A stretch of DNA of 64,000 nucleotides from a bacterium (GTDB taxonomy: Bacteria; SZUA-182; DTGQ01; JAFGSM01). Below are positions 9,060 through 19,074 of this stretch, in pieces; the stretch's first letter is position 1, and each line of letters starts with the position of its first letter. The notes beneath the pieces are model-generated. The model did not search any database. It was not told the origin of the DNA and was given only the letters and a program-made list of their open reading frames with translations. Position numbers and translations under genes: made by a program. The stretch lies in NCBI GenBank assembly GCA_049472355.1, contig JBLIRP010000001.1, positions 26,993 through 90,992 of the forward strand, in the 5' to 3' direction.

Positions 9060-11839
9060 GCTACGACTATCCTGCAACGCCGGCACAGGGTGGGATGCTG
9101 CTCGTCCTCTCCCACACTGGAGCTGAACTGCCAGCAGCGCTCGCATTTTTCCCCCGGCGCCCTTCCGATCTCTATCCGTAATCCCTGAATCTCGCTGTTT
9201 GCGTCGGCCCCGGCTGAAGGCGGCGCATCCTCACGGCATATCATGATGTTCGAGACAATGAGAATGGTCTTGAGGGTGTCCTGATAGGAGGTGAGAAACC
9301 CGTACAGGTCGTCGTCAGTCGTATAGAGGCGTACCTCCACATCCAGGGAATGGCCGATCTCCTTTTGTGCCCGCGCCCTTTCAATGCGTTTTGACACCTC
9401 GCCCCGTATCTCGATGAGCCGATCCCAGCGCCTGGAAAGCTCGATGTCCTGGCATGAATGGTGCACCTCTGGAAATTGGGTCATATGCACGCTTTCCGCC
9501 GTTTCCGTCACTTCGGGGAGGTGTTTCCATACCTCGTCAGCGGTAAAGACCAGTATGGGGGCCATGAGACGATCCATCTCATGGAGTATCTCGTACATGG
9601 TCGCCTGTGCCGACCTCCTTCCCTGGTCGTCCTTTCTTGATGTGTAGAGGCGGTCCTTGGAGATATCGAGGTACAGGGCGCTCAGGTCCACGACGCAAAA
9701 CTGGTGGAGGGTATGGAAGCAGATATGGAATTGGTATGTGGTATACCCCTGGATCAGCCGTTTTTTGATGTCCTGAAATCGATGGAGTATCCACCGGTCC
9801 AGCTCCTCGCGTTCCGGATAGGGGACGGTGTGGGCTGCAGGATCGAAATCGTAGAGATTCCCCAGGATGAAGCGGCAGGTATTGCGGATGCGGCGGTAGG
9901 CCTCCGCCAGCCTGGTGAGGATGTCGTTTGAAATACGGATATCATCCCGGTAATCCTCGGCAGCGACCCACAGACGCAATATCTCCGCACCGTACTTGTC
10001 GATGACGCTCTGGGGTGCGATGACATTTCCTGCGGATTTGGACATCTTCTTTCCCTCGCCGTCCACCACGAAACCATGGGTCAGCACCGCCTTGTAGGGG
10101 GCCTTTCCCCGATTTTCAATTGCGGTAAGGATGGAGCTGTGGAACCAGCCGCGATGCTGATCGCTCCCTTCGAGATAGAGATCGGCCGGCCATTGCAGGT
10201 CTTCTCTCTTTTCCAGGACCGCTGCATGACTCACCCCGGATTCGAACCAGACATCCAGGATGTCGTCCTCCTTTTCGAATTTCCGGCCGCCGCAGTGCTC
10301 ACACCTGGCCCCTGCGGGGAGGAATGACTCGGCAGGCTCGGAAAACCAGATGTCCACCCCGTCCTTCTCAACCCTTTCCGCAATTCGGTCGATCAGCTCG
10401 GGATCCATGAGTGGTTTCTTGCACGAGGCACAATAGAGGATCACCAGGGGCACCCCCCAGGACCGCTGCCGTGATATGCACCAGTCAGGGCGGTTTTCGA
10501 TCATGCCGGCGATTCGTTGTTCCCCCCACTTGGGTATCCATCGCACCGTGCGGATCTCCTCCATGGTCCTTTTCCGGAGTCCGTGCTTGTCCATGGATAT
10601 GAACCACTGCTCGGTGGCCCTGAAGATGACCGGGGACTTGCACCTCCAGCAGTGGGGATAGGAGTGGGAGGTCTTTTCCTGATGAAAGAGGGTCCCGTTT
10701 TCCCGCATGAGCTGGATGATGGGTGCATTTGTCTCGAAGACGTTCTGCCCCTGAAATTCCTTTACCTCGGCGGTGAATGCCCCCCGGTCATCGACCGGGG
10801 CGTATATGTCGAGGCCGTATGCCAATCCGATCTCGTAGTCCTCCTGTCCGTGTCCCGGGGCGATGTGCACGCACCCCGAGCCCTGCTCGATAGTCACGAA
10901 CGGGGCAAGGATGATGCTCGAATTCCGGTCGATAAACGGGTGGCGGCAGACAACACCCTCCAGATCCCTTCCTTGAATGCTCCTCACCACTTCATAATCC
11001 GACACACCCATCCTTCCCATTACATCCTCGAGGAGCGCACCTGCCACGATAAAAAGCCCTTTTCCATGATGCACCAGGGAGTATTCCAGATCGGGATGCA
11101 CGGCGATTGCAAGGTTCGCGGGGAGCGTCCATGGGGTGGTCGTCCAGATGATCACCCATGTGTCCTGGTTCGCTGCCTCAGGGAGTCCCTCGATCAGCTT
11201 GAAACCCACATAGATCGAGGGAGAGGTGTGATCCATGTATTCCACCTCCGCCTCTGCGAGGGCGGTCCCGCAGGAGGCACACCAGTGAACGGGTTTGAAT
11301 CCCTTATATACCGAACCGGCCCTGACGAACTGCCCGAATTCATGAACAATGGTGGCCTCGTAGGATTTGTCCAGGGTCACGTATGGGGTGTCCCATTCGC
11401 CGAAAACGCCGAGACGCTTGAATTCCTCCCTTTGGATGGCAACGAATTTCTCTGCGTATTCCCTGCATTGCCTGCGGATCTCGGTGATATCCATGGTTTC
11501 CTTGCGTGCGCCCAGTTCCTTGTCCACCTGGTGCTCTATGGGCAGGCCATGGCAATCCCATCCCGGTACGAAGGTGGATTGGAACCCTGACATGGTCTTT
11601 GATTTCACGATGATGTCCTTGAGGATCTTATTCAAGGCATGTCCCATATGGATATGACCGTTTGCATAGGGAGGGCCGTCGTGGAGGATGAATTTCGGTG
11701 ATGTCTCAACCCCTTGTTTGATCTTGTCATAGAGCGACATTCCCTCCCAGAGGGCCAGAAACTCCTTCTCCCGCTGATTCAATTGCGCCTTCATGGGGAA
11801 ATCGGTATGGGGCAGGTTGAGGGTGGATTTATAGTCCAT
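9056..11839 (-). CDS. ileS: isoleucyl-tRNA synthetase
   Basis: 927 aa. The HIGH (PYANGHIHMGH) and KMSKS motifs are present, along with a C-terminal zinc-binding CxxC...CxxC tail. Confidence 0.95.
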   Translation of the reverse strand: MDYKSTLNLPHTDFPMKAQLNQREKEFLALWEGMSLYDKIKQGVETSPKFILHDGPPYANGHIHMGHALNKILKDIIVKSKTMSGFQSTFVPGWDCHGLPIEHQVDKELGARKETMDITEIRRQCREYAEKFVAIQREEFKRLGVFGEWDTPYVTLDKSYEATIVHEFGQFVRAGSVYKGFKPVHWCASCGTALAEAEVEYMDHTSPSIYVGFKLIEGLPEAANQDTWVIIWTTTPWTLPANLAIAVHPDLEYSLVHHGKGLFIVAGALLEDVMGRMGVSDYEVVRSIQGRDLEGVVCRHPFIDRNSSIILAPFVTIEQGSGCVHIAPGHGQEDYEIGLAYGLDIYAPVDDRGAFTAEVKEFQGQNVFETNAPIIQLMRENGTLFHQEKTSHSYPHCWRCKSPVIFRATEQWFISMDKHGLRKRTMEEIRTVRWIPKWGEQRIAGMIENRPDWCISRQRSWGVPLVILYCASCKKPLMDPELIDRIAERVEKDGVDIWFSEPAESFLPAGARCEHCGGRKFEKEDDILDVWFESGVSHAAVLEKREDLQWPADLYLEGSDQHRGWFHSSILTAIENRGKAPYKAVLTHGFVVDGEGKKMSKSAGNVIAPQSVIDKYGAEILRLWVAAEDYRDDIRISNDILTRLAEAYRRIRNTCRFILGNLYDFDPAAHTVPYPEREELDRWILHRFQDIKKRLIQGYTTYQFHICFHTLHQFCVVDLSALYLDISKDRLYTSRKDDQGRRSAQATMYEILHEMDRLMAPILVFTADEVWKHLPEVTETAESVHMTQFPEVHHSCQDIELSRRWDRLIEIRGEVSKRIERARAQKEIGHSLDVEVRLYTTDDDLYGFLTSYQDTLKTILIVSNIMICREDAPPSAGADANSEIQGLRIEIGRAPGEKCERCWQFSSSVGEDEQHPTLCRRCRIVVA

Positions 11840-12177
11840 CGGGAACTCCTGAGTGATATTTTAAAAAGGTTATATTTATTATAAAGAAATTATATTATAA
11901 GAAACAATTTGCAAATATATACGGTATCATGTGTTGCCAGTTCTGTCAAGGCGGTATAACTTCTTGAAACTCAATAAAAAATTGTATATAATACAATAAA
12001 TGATACTGGTGTTCTCCTCTTTTTTCAAAGAATAAAGGTAATCATTACCTTAGTATGGACACCCCGCAATGCGTCATCACCATTGATCACGAATGGTCCT
12101 GCCGTGATGGCAGGTGACTGACACATCATTGCCTCGGGACATTTTCATGGAGCGGTATTGTGCCATGGTAGGTGATG

Positions 12178-12203
12178 GATGGTCGGTGACAGATGGTCGG
12201 TGA
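12178..12203 (+). promoter_or_regulatory. direct repeat GATGGTCGGTGA x2, spaced 14 bp, about 55 bp upstream of the FAD oxidoreductase start
   Basis: Two exact 12-mers at 12178-12189 and 12192-12203. Confidence 0.25.
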
Positions 12204-12256
12204 TCGATTGACTGTGTGTTGATGATTGTTTACACTGTTTGATGTGATTATGTTGT

Positions 12257-13372
12257 ATGGATGAGACAACCATTACCATCATCGGGGCCGGTGTTATCGG
12301 CCTGGCTGTTGCCGCCGAATTATCAAAGGCATATGATGATATTTTCGTTATCGAAAAAAACGATGGTTTTGGTCAGGAGACGAGCAGCCGTAACAGCGAG
12401 GTGATTCACGCAGGTATTTACTATCCCCGCGATTCATTGAAATTCAGGCTCTGCAGAGAGGGCCTGCACCATCTCTATGAAACCTGTGAGTCAGCATCAA
12501 TCCCCTATAGACGCGTAGGAAAAATCATCATTGCCACCGACGATTCCGAGCTCGATCACCTGGAACACTTGTTTCAAAATGGTGCTTCCAACGGGTTGAC
12601 GGAATTGCGTCTGCTGGACAGGAAGGGAATTCATCAATTGGAGCCGAACACCAACGCCATTGCAGGGATTCATTCCCCCCTTACCGGTATCGTCGATTCA
12701 CATGCCTTGATGAAGCACTTGTACCACGTTGCCCAGGACGGTGGTGCGGACATTGCATACCAGAGCGAGGTCAATTTTCTGACTCAGGAAGGCGAGCACT
12801 TCATTGTCGGGATCCAACAGGACGACTACCGCTTCAAATCGAGGGTGGTGATTAACGCTGCCGGATTGTGGTCCGATTCCATCGCCTCCCTCCTGGGCAT
12901 CGACGTCGACGAGTGCGGCTACCGGCTTCACTTCTGCAAGGGTGATTATTTCGCATATGGCAAGCCCTCTCCGGTTTCCATGCTGGTGTATCCGCTGCCT
13001 GATGAATATTGTACCGCCTTGGGAATACACGCCACCCTGGATCTGGGCTCGCGCCTGCGCTTTGGTCCCGATGATGAATACGTCAATGCGATCGATTACC
13101 GGGTGGACCCATCGAAGGGGGATGGATTCTATCGAGCCGCCTCACGGATCATTCCCGGCATCGAAAGGGAGGCCATAGTCCCTGACATGGCGGGAATAAG
13201 GCCGAAGATACAAGGCCCCGGGGATACATTCCGGGATTTTCTCATAAGGAACGAGGCAGGGTATGGCCTCAATGGCTTCATCAATCTCATCGGGATCGAA
13301 TCGCCGGGACTCACCGCGTGTCTCTCGATTGCGCGGATGGTGAAAACAATGATCGCGGAAATAATGGAATGA
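12257..13372 (+). CDS. FAD-dependent oxidoreductase (L-2-hydroxyglutarate oxidase LhgO/YgaF-like)
   Basis: N-terminal Rossmann GxGxxG (IIGAGVIGLAVA) followed by SSRNSEVIHAGIYYP, typical of the LhgO/G3P-oxidase-like family. Confidence 0.75.
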   Translation: MDETTITIIGAGVIGLAVAAELSKAYDDIFVIEKNDGFGQETSSRNSEVIHAGIYYPRDSLKFRLCREGLHHLYETCESASIPYRRVGKIIIATDDSELDHLEHLFQNGASNGLTELRLLDRKGIHQLEPNTNAIAGIHSPLTGIVDSHALMKHLYHVAQDGGADIAYQSEVNFLTQEGEHFIVGIQQDDYRFKSRVVINAAGLWSDSIASLLGIDVDECGYRLHFCKGDYFAYGKPSPVSMLVYPLPDEYCTALGIHATLDLGSRLRFGPDDEYVNAIDYRVDPSKGDGFYRAASRIIPGIEREAIVPDMAGIRPKIQGPGDTFRDFLIRNEAGYGLNGFINLIGIESPGLTACLSIARMVKTMIAEIME

Positions 13373-13748
13373 AAAGCATAAGTAGTTGGGACATACGAAT
13401 GTCTTTTTATTATTCGAGCAATAATGCGCAGGCGGAAATATTTTTTACCGTGCTGTGCTGTCCATGGTGTAAGTTATACACAGTGTGAAAAAATTTCACT
13501 ATTTGTTACTGCCTTTGGAAGGAAGAGGGGTATTTTGAACCCAAGATTACTTTTTACAAAGGGGGGACATCGTACATAAAACAAAATTTAATATAAATAA
13601 TACCACAATATTATTAATTATTGCAGCAAAGAGGGGGTTGGCATGTGTCTTGCTGAAAAAAATAGGAATAATGGGGTCTGTCTCGACATCCCTCTTGGTT
13701 TGCCGCAGAAACCGTTAATGTATGGATGAACGTCTGAAGGAGAAATAG

Positions 13749-16223
13749 ATGAGCTTTCATGGCATCTCTTTACGTAAACCCATAGAGGAAATGTACCCGA
13801 TACGGTATCATATCCTGGTCGCATCCATTCTCATATGTGCCTCGCTGGTGCTCATCCTTGTACCCGGAAGGGGGATAGCCCAGACCGGCAGCATTTCAGG
13901 GAAGGTCCATGAATACCTGCATCCCACCGTACCCATTTATGGCATTCAGGTGACCGTCTTTGATCAGAGCAATAGCCCGGTCAGGAATGTGATGACCGAT
14001 CCGAATTTCCCGTATGATCCCAATAGCACCGAGCCCAAATGGGTCGACGGATATTTTAAAATCGACAAACTACCCGTGGGAAAATACCGGGTGTGCGCCA
14101 TGGGACCAACCTATGACGAGGATGGAGATCCCATTTACTGGGTATCGGAATGCTATGAAACCAATTGCACCGGTCCGCAATGCGGGTATTATATTACCGA
14201 GTATCCCGAGGATTTTGCCAACACCCTCGTGGAGGTCAATCAAGGACTGACCACAACGGGCGTCAATTTCTACCTTGCCCGCTCAGGACTGATCGAAGGG
14301 GATGTATATACACATACGGGCTATCCGGATTATTATGTCTCGTACAAGGTGACCGTCAAGTACAAGGACAATCCCCCTCTGGTGCTTCCACAGTATACAA
14401 GCGCCAGTAAGATAACCGATGAAGGCTACAGGATCGTGAACTGTCCTCCGGGAAGCTTTATCATCAAGGTCGAGGACTGGATTCAAGTCACCAATCCCTA
14501 TGATGCATACTACATAACCCAGTACTGGCCCCAGAAATACGTCGAGGCACAGGCGCAGGCCATTGTCCTGGGCTGCGGGCAGAACAATGTGCGGACCGGG
14601 ATAAATTTCCAAATGAAGCAGGGCGGAGCAATCCAGGGGTACATCAAGAAACAGGACGGCACCCAGACGACCGACACCAGATATGCGGATGTGGTCCTCA
14701 TCGAGGAAAACCTGGGATACATGCAGTCCATGCAGACCAACCAGTTTCCGATTGTGGATCCGGATGACCCTAATCATGTTGTCTCCTTCGTCCCTGGCAA
14801 ATACAAGTTCGGCGGGCTCTCGCCGGGGAATTACGCCCTGTATGCGGAACTGGTGGGCGCCCAGGGTGAAAATGATCCCGAGCCGCCCAACATCGATTAC
14901 CTTGGTGAATTTTATAACAACCTGCATTTCAAGTCCCAGCTTGATCCCTCGTATGAGGAGCAGATCGACTACATCCCGATTACGGGGCCGGATCAGACCA
15001 GAAACATCGACGTAGTGCTCGACCGCGCCCCCAAATTGAGCGGAAAGGTCACCAAGAGCGGCACCAGTACCGTCTTGCCGGGGATACAGATATTCATTAA
15101 TGAAAAATCAACCGGACGGTTCGTTGCAGACACACTCACCGACAGTGCCGGCAATTACCTTTTTGACTCCTCACGGGGTATCCTGCCCGATCTTTACACC
15201 GTTACCGCTTGGGACCCGAATGCCGTGTATGTGCCGTCTGAATCCGATATCACCATGGCGGTGAACCAGCAGTATACCAAGAACCTTTCCATGTCGGTCG
15301 GCTCTACGGGTGTAGGGACGATCTCCGGCCGGGTCTTTCTGGATGACGACCCTGCAAAGCCCTTGGAGGGCATCCAGGTCGTGGCATACAGCATCAGCCT
15401 CAAAAAGGCGTACGAAAAATCTACCAATGCAAACGGCGAGTATTCGATCGAGGGGATCAGGAGCGGGTATATCCTCGTCTTTACCAGCAAGGAAGAGGAG
15501 CTCATGAGCAGGCTCTACAAGGATCTCAACGTGCCTCCCGACGGTTACCAGCAGTCCCCTGAGAACCTGGATCAACTGGTAATCATCGCAGGCAGCCAAA
15601 GACGGCTATTCCTCAATGTCAACCAGCATATCACCGGGATCGATATCGGGGTTTCTTCCTTCAGGCGCACCTTCCATTCCGGCCTCAATCTGTTCGGATA
15701 TTCAGGGGAGCCGGTCGTTGAATACGAGACGGCATACAAACTGGTCAAGGGCATCGGAGATGACGATGACCTGCACAAGCTCGTGTGGCATGATCCCAAT
15801 ACGAATGCCTGGCATGCCGTATGGCTCAATCCCAGCGATCCCAACCATCCCCCTGTCGGCGTCAACTGCTCCATCACCCCGGGGAAGGGATATATGATTT
15901 TTATGAATGAGACGGTCAGCCCCGTGGTGATGCCGCCGTTTACCATTACCTTCCCCGACTATTACGCCCTGGAGTCAGGGAAGAATCTTTTCTCCTATCC
16001 ACCCTCTCTCTATCGACCCCTTCTAACGTCATCCGAGCTTATCTCCGCAATCGATGATCCGGATGCGGTGGCGGGCGTGCGCTCGTATAACGGCTTCACC
16101 GGGCAATGGAAGAGCACTGTCCGGATGTGGGGACGACCCTGTTCGGGAGGGTTTCCGCTTCGGCAGGGAGAGGCCTATCTGGTGGAGATGAAATCATTTC
16201 AGTACCTTATCCCTCCGCAATAG
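13749..16223 (+). CDS. large secreted protein with several CarboxypepD_reg-like (Cna-B/transthyretin-like) domains
   Basis: Signal peptide, probably starting at MYPIRY around 13791. Three GxISGxV...GIQV... modules characteristic of the carboxypeptidase regulatory-like fold. About 800 aa, no enzymatic motif seen. Confidence 0.55.
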   Translation: MSFHGISLRKPIEEMYPIRYHILVASILICASLVLILVPGRGIAQTGSISGKVHEYLHPTVPIYGIQVTVFDQSNSPVRNVMTDPNFPYDPNSTEPKWVDGYFKIDKLPVGKYRVCAMGPTYDEDGDPIYWVSECYETNCTGPQCGYYITEYPEDFANTLVEVNQGLTTTGVNFYLARSGLIEGDVYTHTGYPDYYVSYKVTVKYKDNPPLVLPQYTSASKITDEGYRIVNCPPGSFIIKVEDWIQVTNPYDAYYITQYWPQKYVEAQAQAIVLGCGQNNVRTGINFQMKQGGAIQGYIKKQDGTQTTDTRYADVVLIEENLGYMQSMQTNQFPIVDPDDPNHVVSFVPGKYKFGGLSPGNYALYAELVGAQGENDPEPPNIDYLGEFYNNLHFKSQLDPSYEEQIDYIPITGPDQTRNIDVVLDRAPKLSGKVTKSGTSTVLPGIQIFINEKSTGRFVADTLTDSAGNYLFDSSRGILPDLYTVTAWDPNAVYVPSESDITMAVNQQYTKNLSMSVGSTGVGTISGRVFLDDDPAKPLEGIQVVAYSISLKKAYEKSTNANGEYSIEGIRSGYILVFTSKEEELMSRLYKDLNVPPDGYQQSPENLDQLVIIAGSQRRLFLNVNQHITGIDIGVSSFRRTFHSGLNLFGYSGEPVVEYETAYKLVKGIGDDDDLHKLVWHDPNTNAWHAVWLNPSDPNHPPVGVNCSITPGKGYMIFMNETVSPVVMPPFTITFPDYYALESGKNLFSYPPSLYRPLLTSSELISAIDDPDAVAGVRSYNGFTGQWKSTVRMWGRPCSGGFPLRQGEAYLVEMKSFQYLIPPQ

Positions 16224-16333
16224 GCCGTCACTCCCATACCCATGGAACATTTCTTGCTATTCTAAACGTGTAATGCATTTATAAGTGGTTATCCCGAGAG
16301 GATAGCGAAGAAATAGGTTTACTGAGTGAGGAG

Positions 16334-18229
16334 TTGGGTATGAGGAGGAAGGATGGTTCACGCCCCCTTTTTGTGTGGAATTGTGTCCTGGCAGTGATTC
16401 TCTGTATGGTATGCCTCTCATGTGCGGCGTGGGCGGATACCTTCGTATGGCAGGACTTCGAATACTGGGATTCCCCAAGAAATCACGGATGGGTCTGCTC
16501 GTCGCCATCCTATCCGGTGTGGGGACCGGTGGGGTACGGCAGCCTTCGGACCGCCATAGACGCGCGCTTGCAGAGCAGGGTCCTGGTGGTCGAGAGCATG
16601 CCCTCCACGTTCAACAACTTCTTCCGCTTCCGCACACTCAACGCCTCGGTCCCCGACCCAAATCCATCCACACAGGGATTCGATAAGAATATCATATCCT
16701 TCAATATCATCAATCGATTCGGGATAGAGCAGTTCGAACAGTGGGAGGCGCAGATACATGTGGAAACCAGAAACGGCAGGAATGTGCTGCTGGTGTATCG
16801 TCCGCGGGGTGCATCCGAGTCGGGGCCCGAGGTGGGCGGTTATGCGGAATACGGGTACAGGGGAGCGATCAATGGGGGGGACCCTGAGCGTTCCGATCGT
16901 CCCCTGGTGGTGATCTACGACATCGGGAGACAATACCAGGACGGCGCATGGCACCTTGTGGTGAGGGATCTTGACGAGGACATTCGGAAGATCGGGATGT
17001 GGCAGGGGATCGATTTTTCCCTTGACGGATTCGGCCAGGAATTGTTTTACGGGCCTGAGCAATCCGCCATCGTCTCCGTCATGTTTGCCGGGTTCACGAT
17101 GAGGGTTGACAATATCGCCTTTCACGACCGCATGCTCGATATCGTCAACCACCCTCCGAAACTCCAGAGGATCGGTCCCCAATTCGCGCAGATATTCGTC
17201 CCCTTCAGCTATCTCATCTCCGTGTATGAACGTTCGGACATGAGCGGTTTCGTTGACGAGCGGTACGAATTCGTTGCGACCATCGGCGGATACGGATACA
17301 GGGGCGTCCAGACCTCCGACATGATCTTCAGGGTAAAGGAGGATCCGAATAACCCGGGACACTATCGTGCCTGTGAGCCGGACGATCCGGCCTGCCTCCC
17401 TGACAAGGTCCTGTTGGAATTTGTTCCCCAGACCTTTGAGGACCTCATCATCACCATACGGGTAACGAATCCGGGAGGGCTTACTGACATGGAGACATTC
17501 CCCCTCTCGGTGGTCAACTATCCGGTGGTCAATCATCCCCCCTACCTCGAGGAGATAGAGAACGATGTCTATCTGCTGGGAACAAACGAGGGATACTTCG
17601 AGAAGTCCTTTATTTGCTTCGACCAGGACATGGAGGATCATCCGGGATCTGCCATGGAGCCCGGAAATATCACCTACCGGGCGATTATCGACACTGCACC
17701 CAATTACCGGTTCGGACCATGGCAGGAGACATTGATCCCCGAGCCTTTCACGCCGGTGATACGATTCAGCCCCCGATTCGAGGGCGTACATCGTATCACG
17801 GTTATTGCCACCGATTCGAGGGGGCTTTTCGCCATAACCGGCTTCACACTGCATGTGGTGAATCCGGGCACATGGCTCAACCACCCTCCGATACTGGGTG
17901 AGGATATCGATAGCCCGCAGATGGTTCGGGTGGGAGAGACCTTCGCCATCCCCGTCGAATTTTTGGACCCTGACAACGAGGAGATATACTATTCATGCAA
18001 CATCGGGAGCATCACCACAATGGAAGAGGGATTCGGAAAGACGCCGGGAAGCAGCATGGGCATCACCGAAGGGGAGGATAGATATGGCAGATACGTGAGC
18101 GGGGCGATCTTTCACTTCGTGTCGCCCTTCCCCGGAACATACCATATCCTTATCACCGCTTATGATCTCAGGGGAGGCTATTGCACGGCCGAATTCATCC
18201 TGGATGTCCAGCCATGGTGGGCACTCTAA
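16334..18229 (+). CDS. secreted NHPP-repeat (cadherin/Ig-like) protein, paralog family member A
   Basis: Signal peptide, conserved DTFVWQDFEYW N-terminal domain, then repeats beginning IVNHPPKLQRIGPQ, VVNYPVVNHPPY and GTWLNHPPI. The C-terminus is ...DVQPWWAL. It shares extensive collinear similarity with the ORFs at 48169-50034 and 57708-59927. Confidence 0.7.
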   Translation: MGMRRKDGSRPLFVWNCVLAVILCMVCLSCAAWADTFVWQDFEYWDSPRNHGWVCSSPSYPVWGPVGYGSLRTAIDARLQSRVLVVESMPSTFNNFFRFRTLNASVPDPNPSTQGFDKNIISFNIINRFGIEQFEQWEAQIHVETRNGRNVLLVYRPRGASESGPEVGGYAEYGYRGAINGGDPERSDRPLVVIYDIGRQYQDGAWHLVVRDLDEDIRKIGMWQGIDFSLDGFGQELFYGPEQSAIVSVMFAGFTMRVDNIAFHDRMLDIVNHPPKLQRIGPQFAQIFVPFSYLISVYERSDMSGFVDERYEFVATIGGYGYRGVQTSDMIFRVKEDPNNPGHYRACEPDDPACLPDKVLLEFVPQTFEDLIITIRVTNPGGLTDMETFPLSVVNYPVVNHPPYLEEIENDVYLLGTNEGYFEKSFICFDQDMEDHPGSAMEPGNITYRAIIDTAPNYRFGPWQETLIPEPFTPVIRFSPRFEGVHRITVIATDSRGLFAITGFTLHVVNPGTWLNHPPILGEDIDSPQMVRVGETFAIPVEFLDPDNEEIYYSCNIGSITTMEEGFGKTPGSSMGITEGEDRYGRYVSGAIFHFVSPFPGTYHILITAYDLRGGYCTAEFILDVQPWWAL

Positions 18230-18266
18230 GGTCATGGACCGCTGCCAGATTACCACATACCCATCA

Positions 18267-18674
18267 TCAGGGGCCGGTCGGGCAGAAGGGTCCTGCAACG
18301 GATGTTCCGGGCCTCAAATGGTGTGTGAGGTTGACGCGGTCATTGCGGAGCATGGACACAAACCTGACCCCGATGCGGAACATGCCGGAATAGTCTGAGG
18401 CCTTGACCCAGGCAATCTCTCCGATCGCGTTGATAGGGTCTTCCGGATAGTAGTCCAGAAGGGCGATGGTGATGAGGAGCCTTGATTTGATATCGCACGG
18501 CTGGTCGCTCAGGAATGAAAAACCACCCGTGCTGATGTTCTCAACCCTGCACACGAGGGACTCATTGAAGAAGTGACCCTGATCACAGGACTGAAACGTG
18601 CAGTTTGCCCGCGCCCGAAAACGGTGGTAGGTTCGCCGTTCCTGCCGTTTGTCATACGGTATATGCCCTGTCAT
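18267..18674 (-). CDS. PilZ domain protein (putative c-di-GMP receptor)
   Basis: RxxxR motif (RRTYHRFR) and D/NxSxGG motif (ENISTGG) with PilZ spacing. 135 aa, stand-alone. Confidence 0.6.
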   Translation of the reverse strand: MTGHIPYDKRQERRTYHRFRARANCTFQSCDQGHFFNESLVCRVENISTGGFSFLSDQPCDIKSRLLITIALLDYYPEDPINAIGEIAWVKASDYSGMFRIGVRFVSMLRNDRVNLTHHLRPGTSVAGPFCPTGP

Positions 18675-19074
18675 ATTTTTTCCCCCTTATGTAAGTTTGC
18701 AAGGCATTGTGGGAACGTAGCCAAAAAAGGAGGAATATCATCACGGGCGGAATTCCGATTGTTGCACCCCGTTCAGGAATACCAACCCGCTTCAAATTAT
18801 GAATCAGCGTGCAAGCCGCATTGAACATGGATCATGAGTATCACTCAGCAGAAAATGTGAGAAAGATCTACAAACAACTACTATAAATATATACAATAGA
18901 AAAGGAATCGTCAAGTGTTCGGGGTGAATATTCCTTTCCATTGTTCCGGACAGCGATCCAACACCCGACGTCCCGTCCACGATCTCCTTGACATGCAAGG
19001 ATATTCATATTACAGTTACATGGCGCTCGATGCGGCTGACGGATAGACATTTTGAACCATCGGAAGTACAAGGA

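Noticed and set aside
10517-11590. 357-aa plus-strand ORF inside ileS
   Set aside because: It is antisense to a confidently identified isoleucyl-tRNA synthetase carrying HIGH and KMSKS motifs.
16418-17884. 488-aa minus-strand ORF antisense to paralog A
   Set aside because: Only the plus-strand reading yields the signal peptide and the motifs conserved with the two other paralogs. The antisense product is low-complexity.
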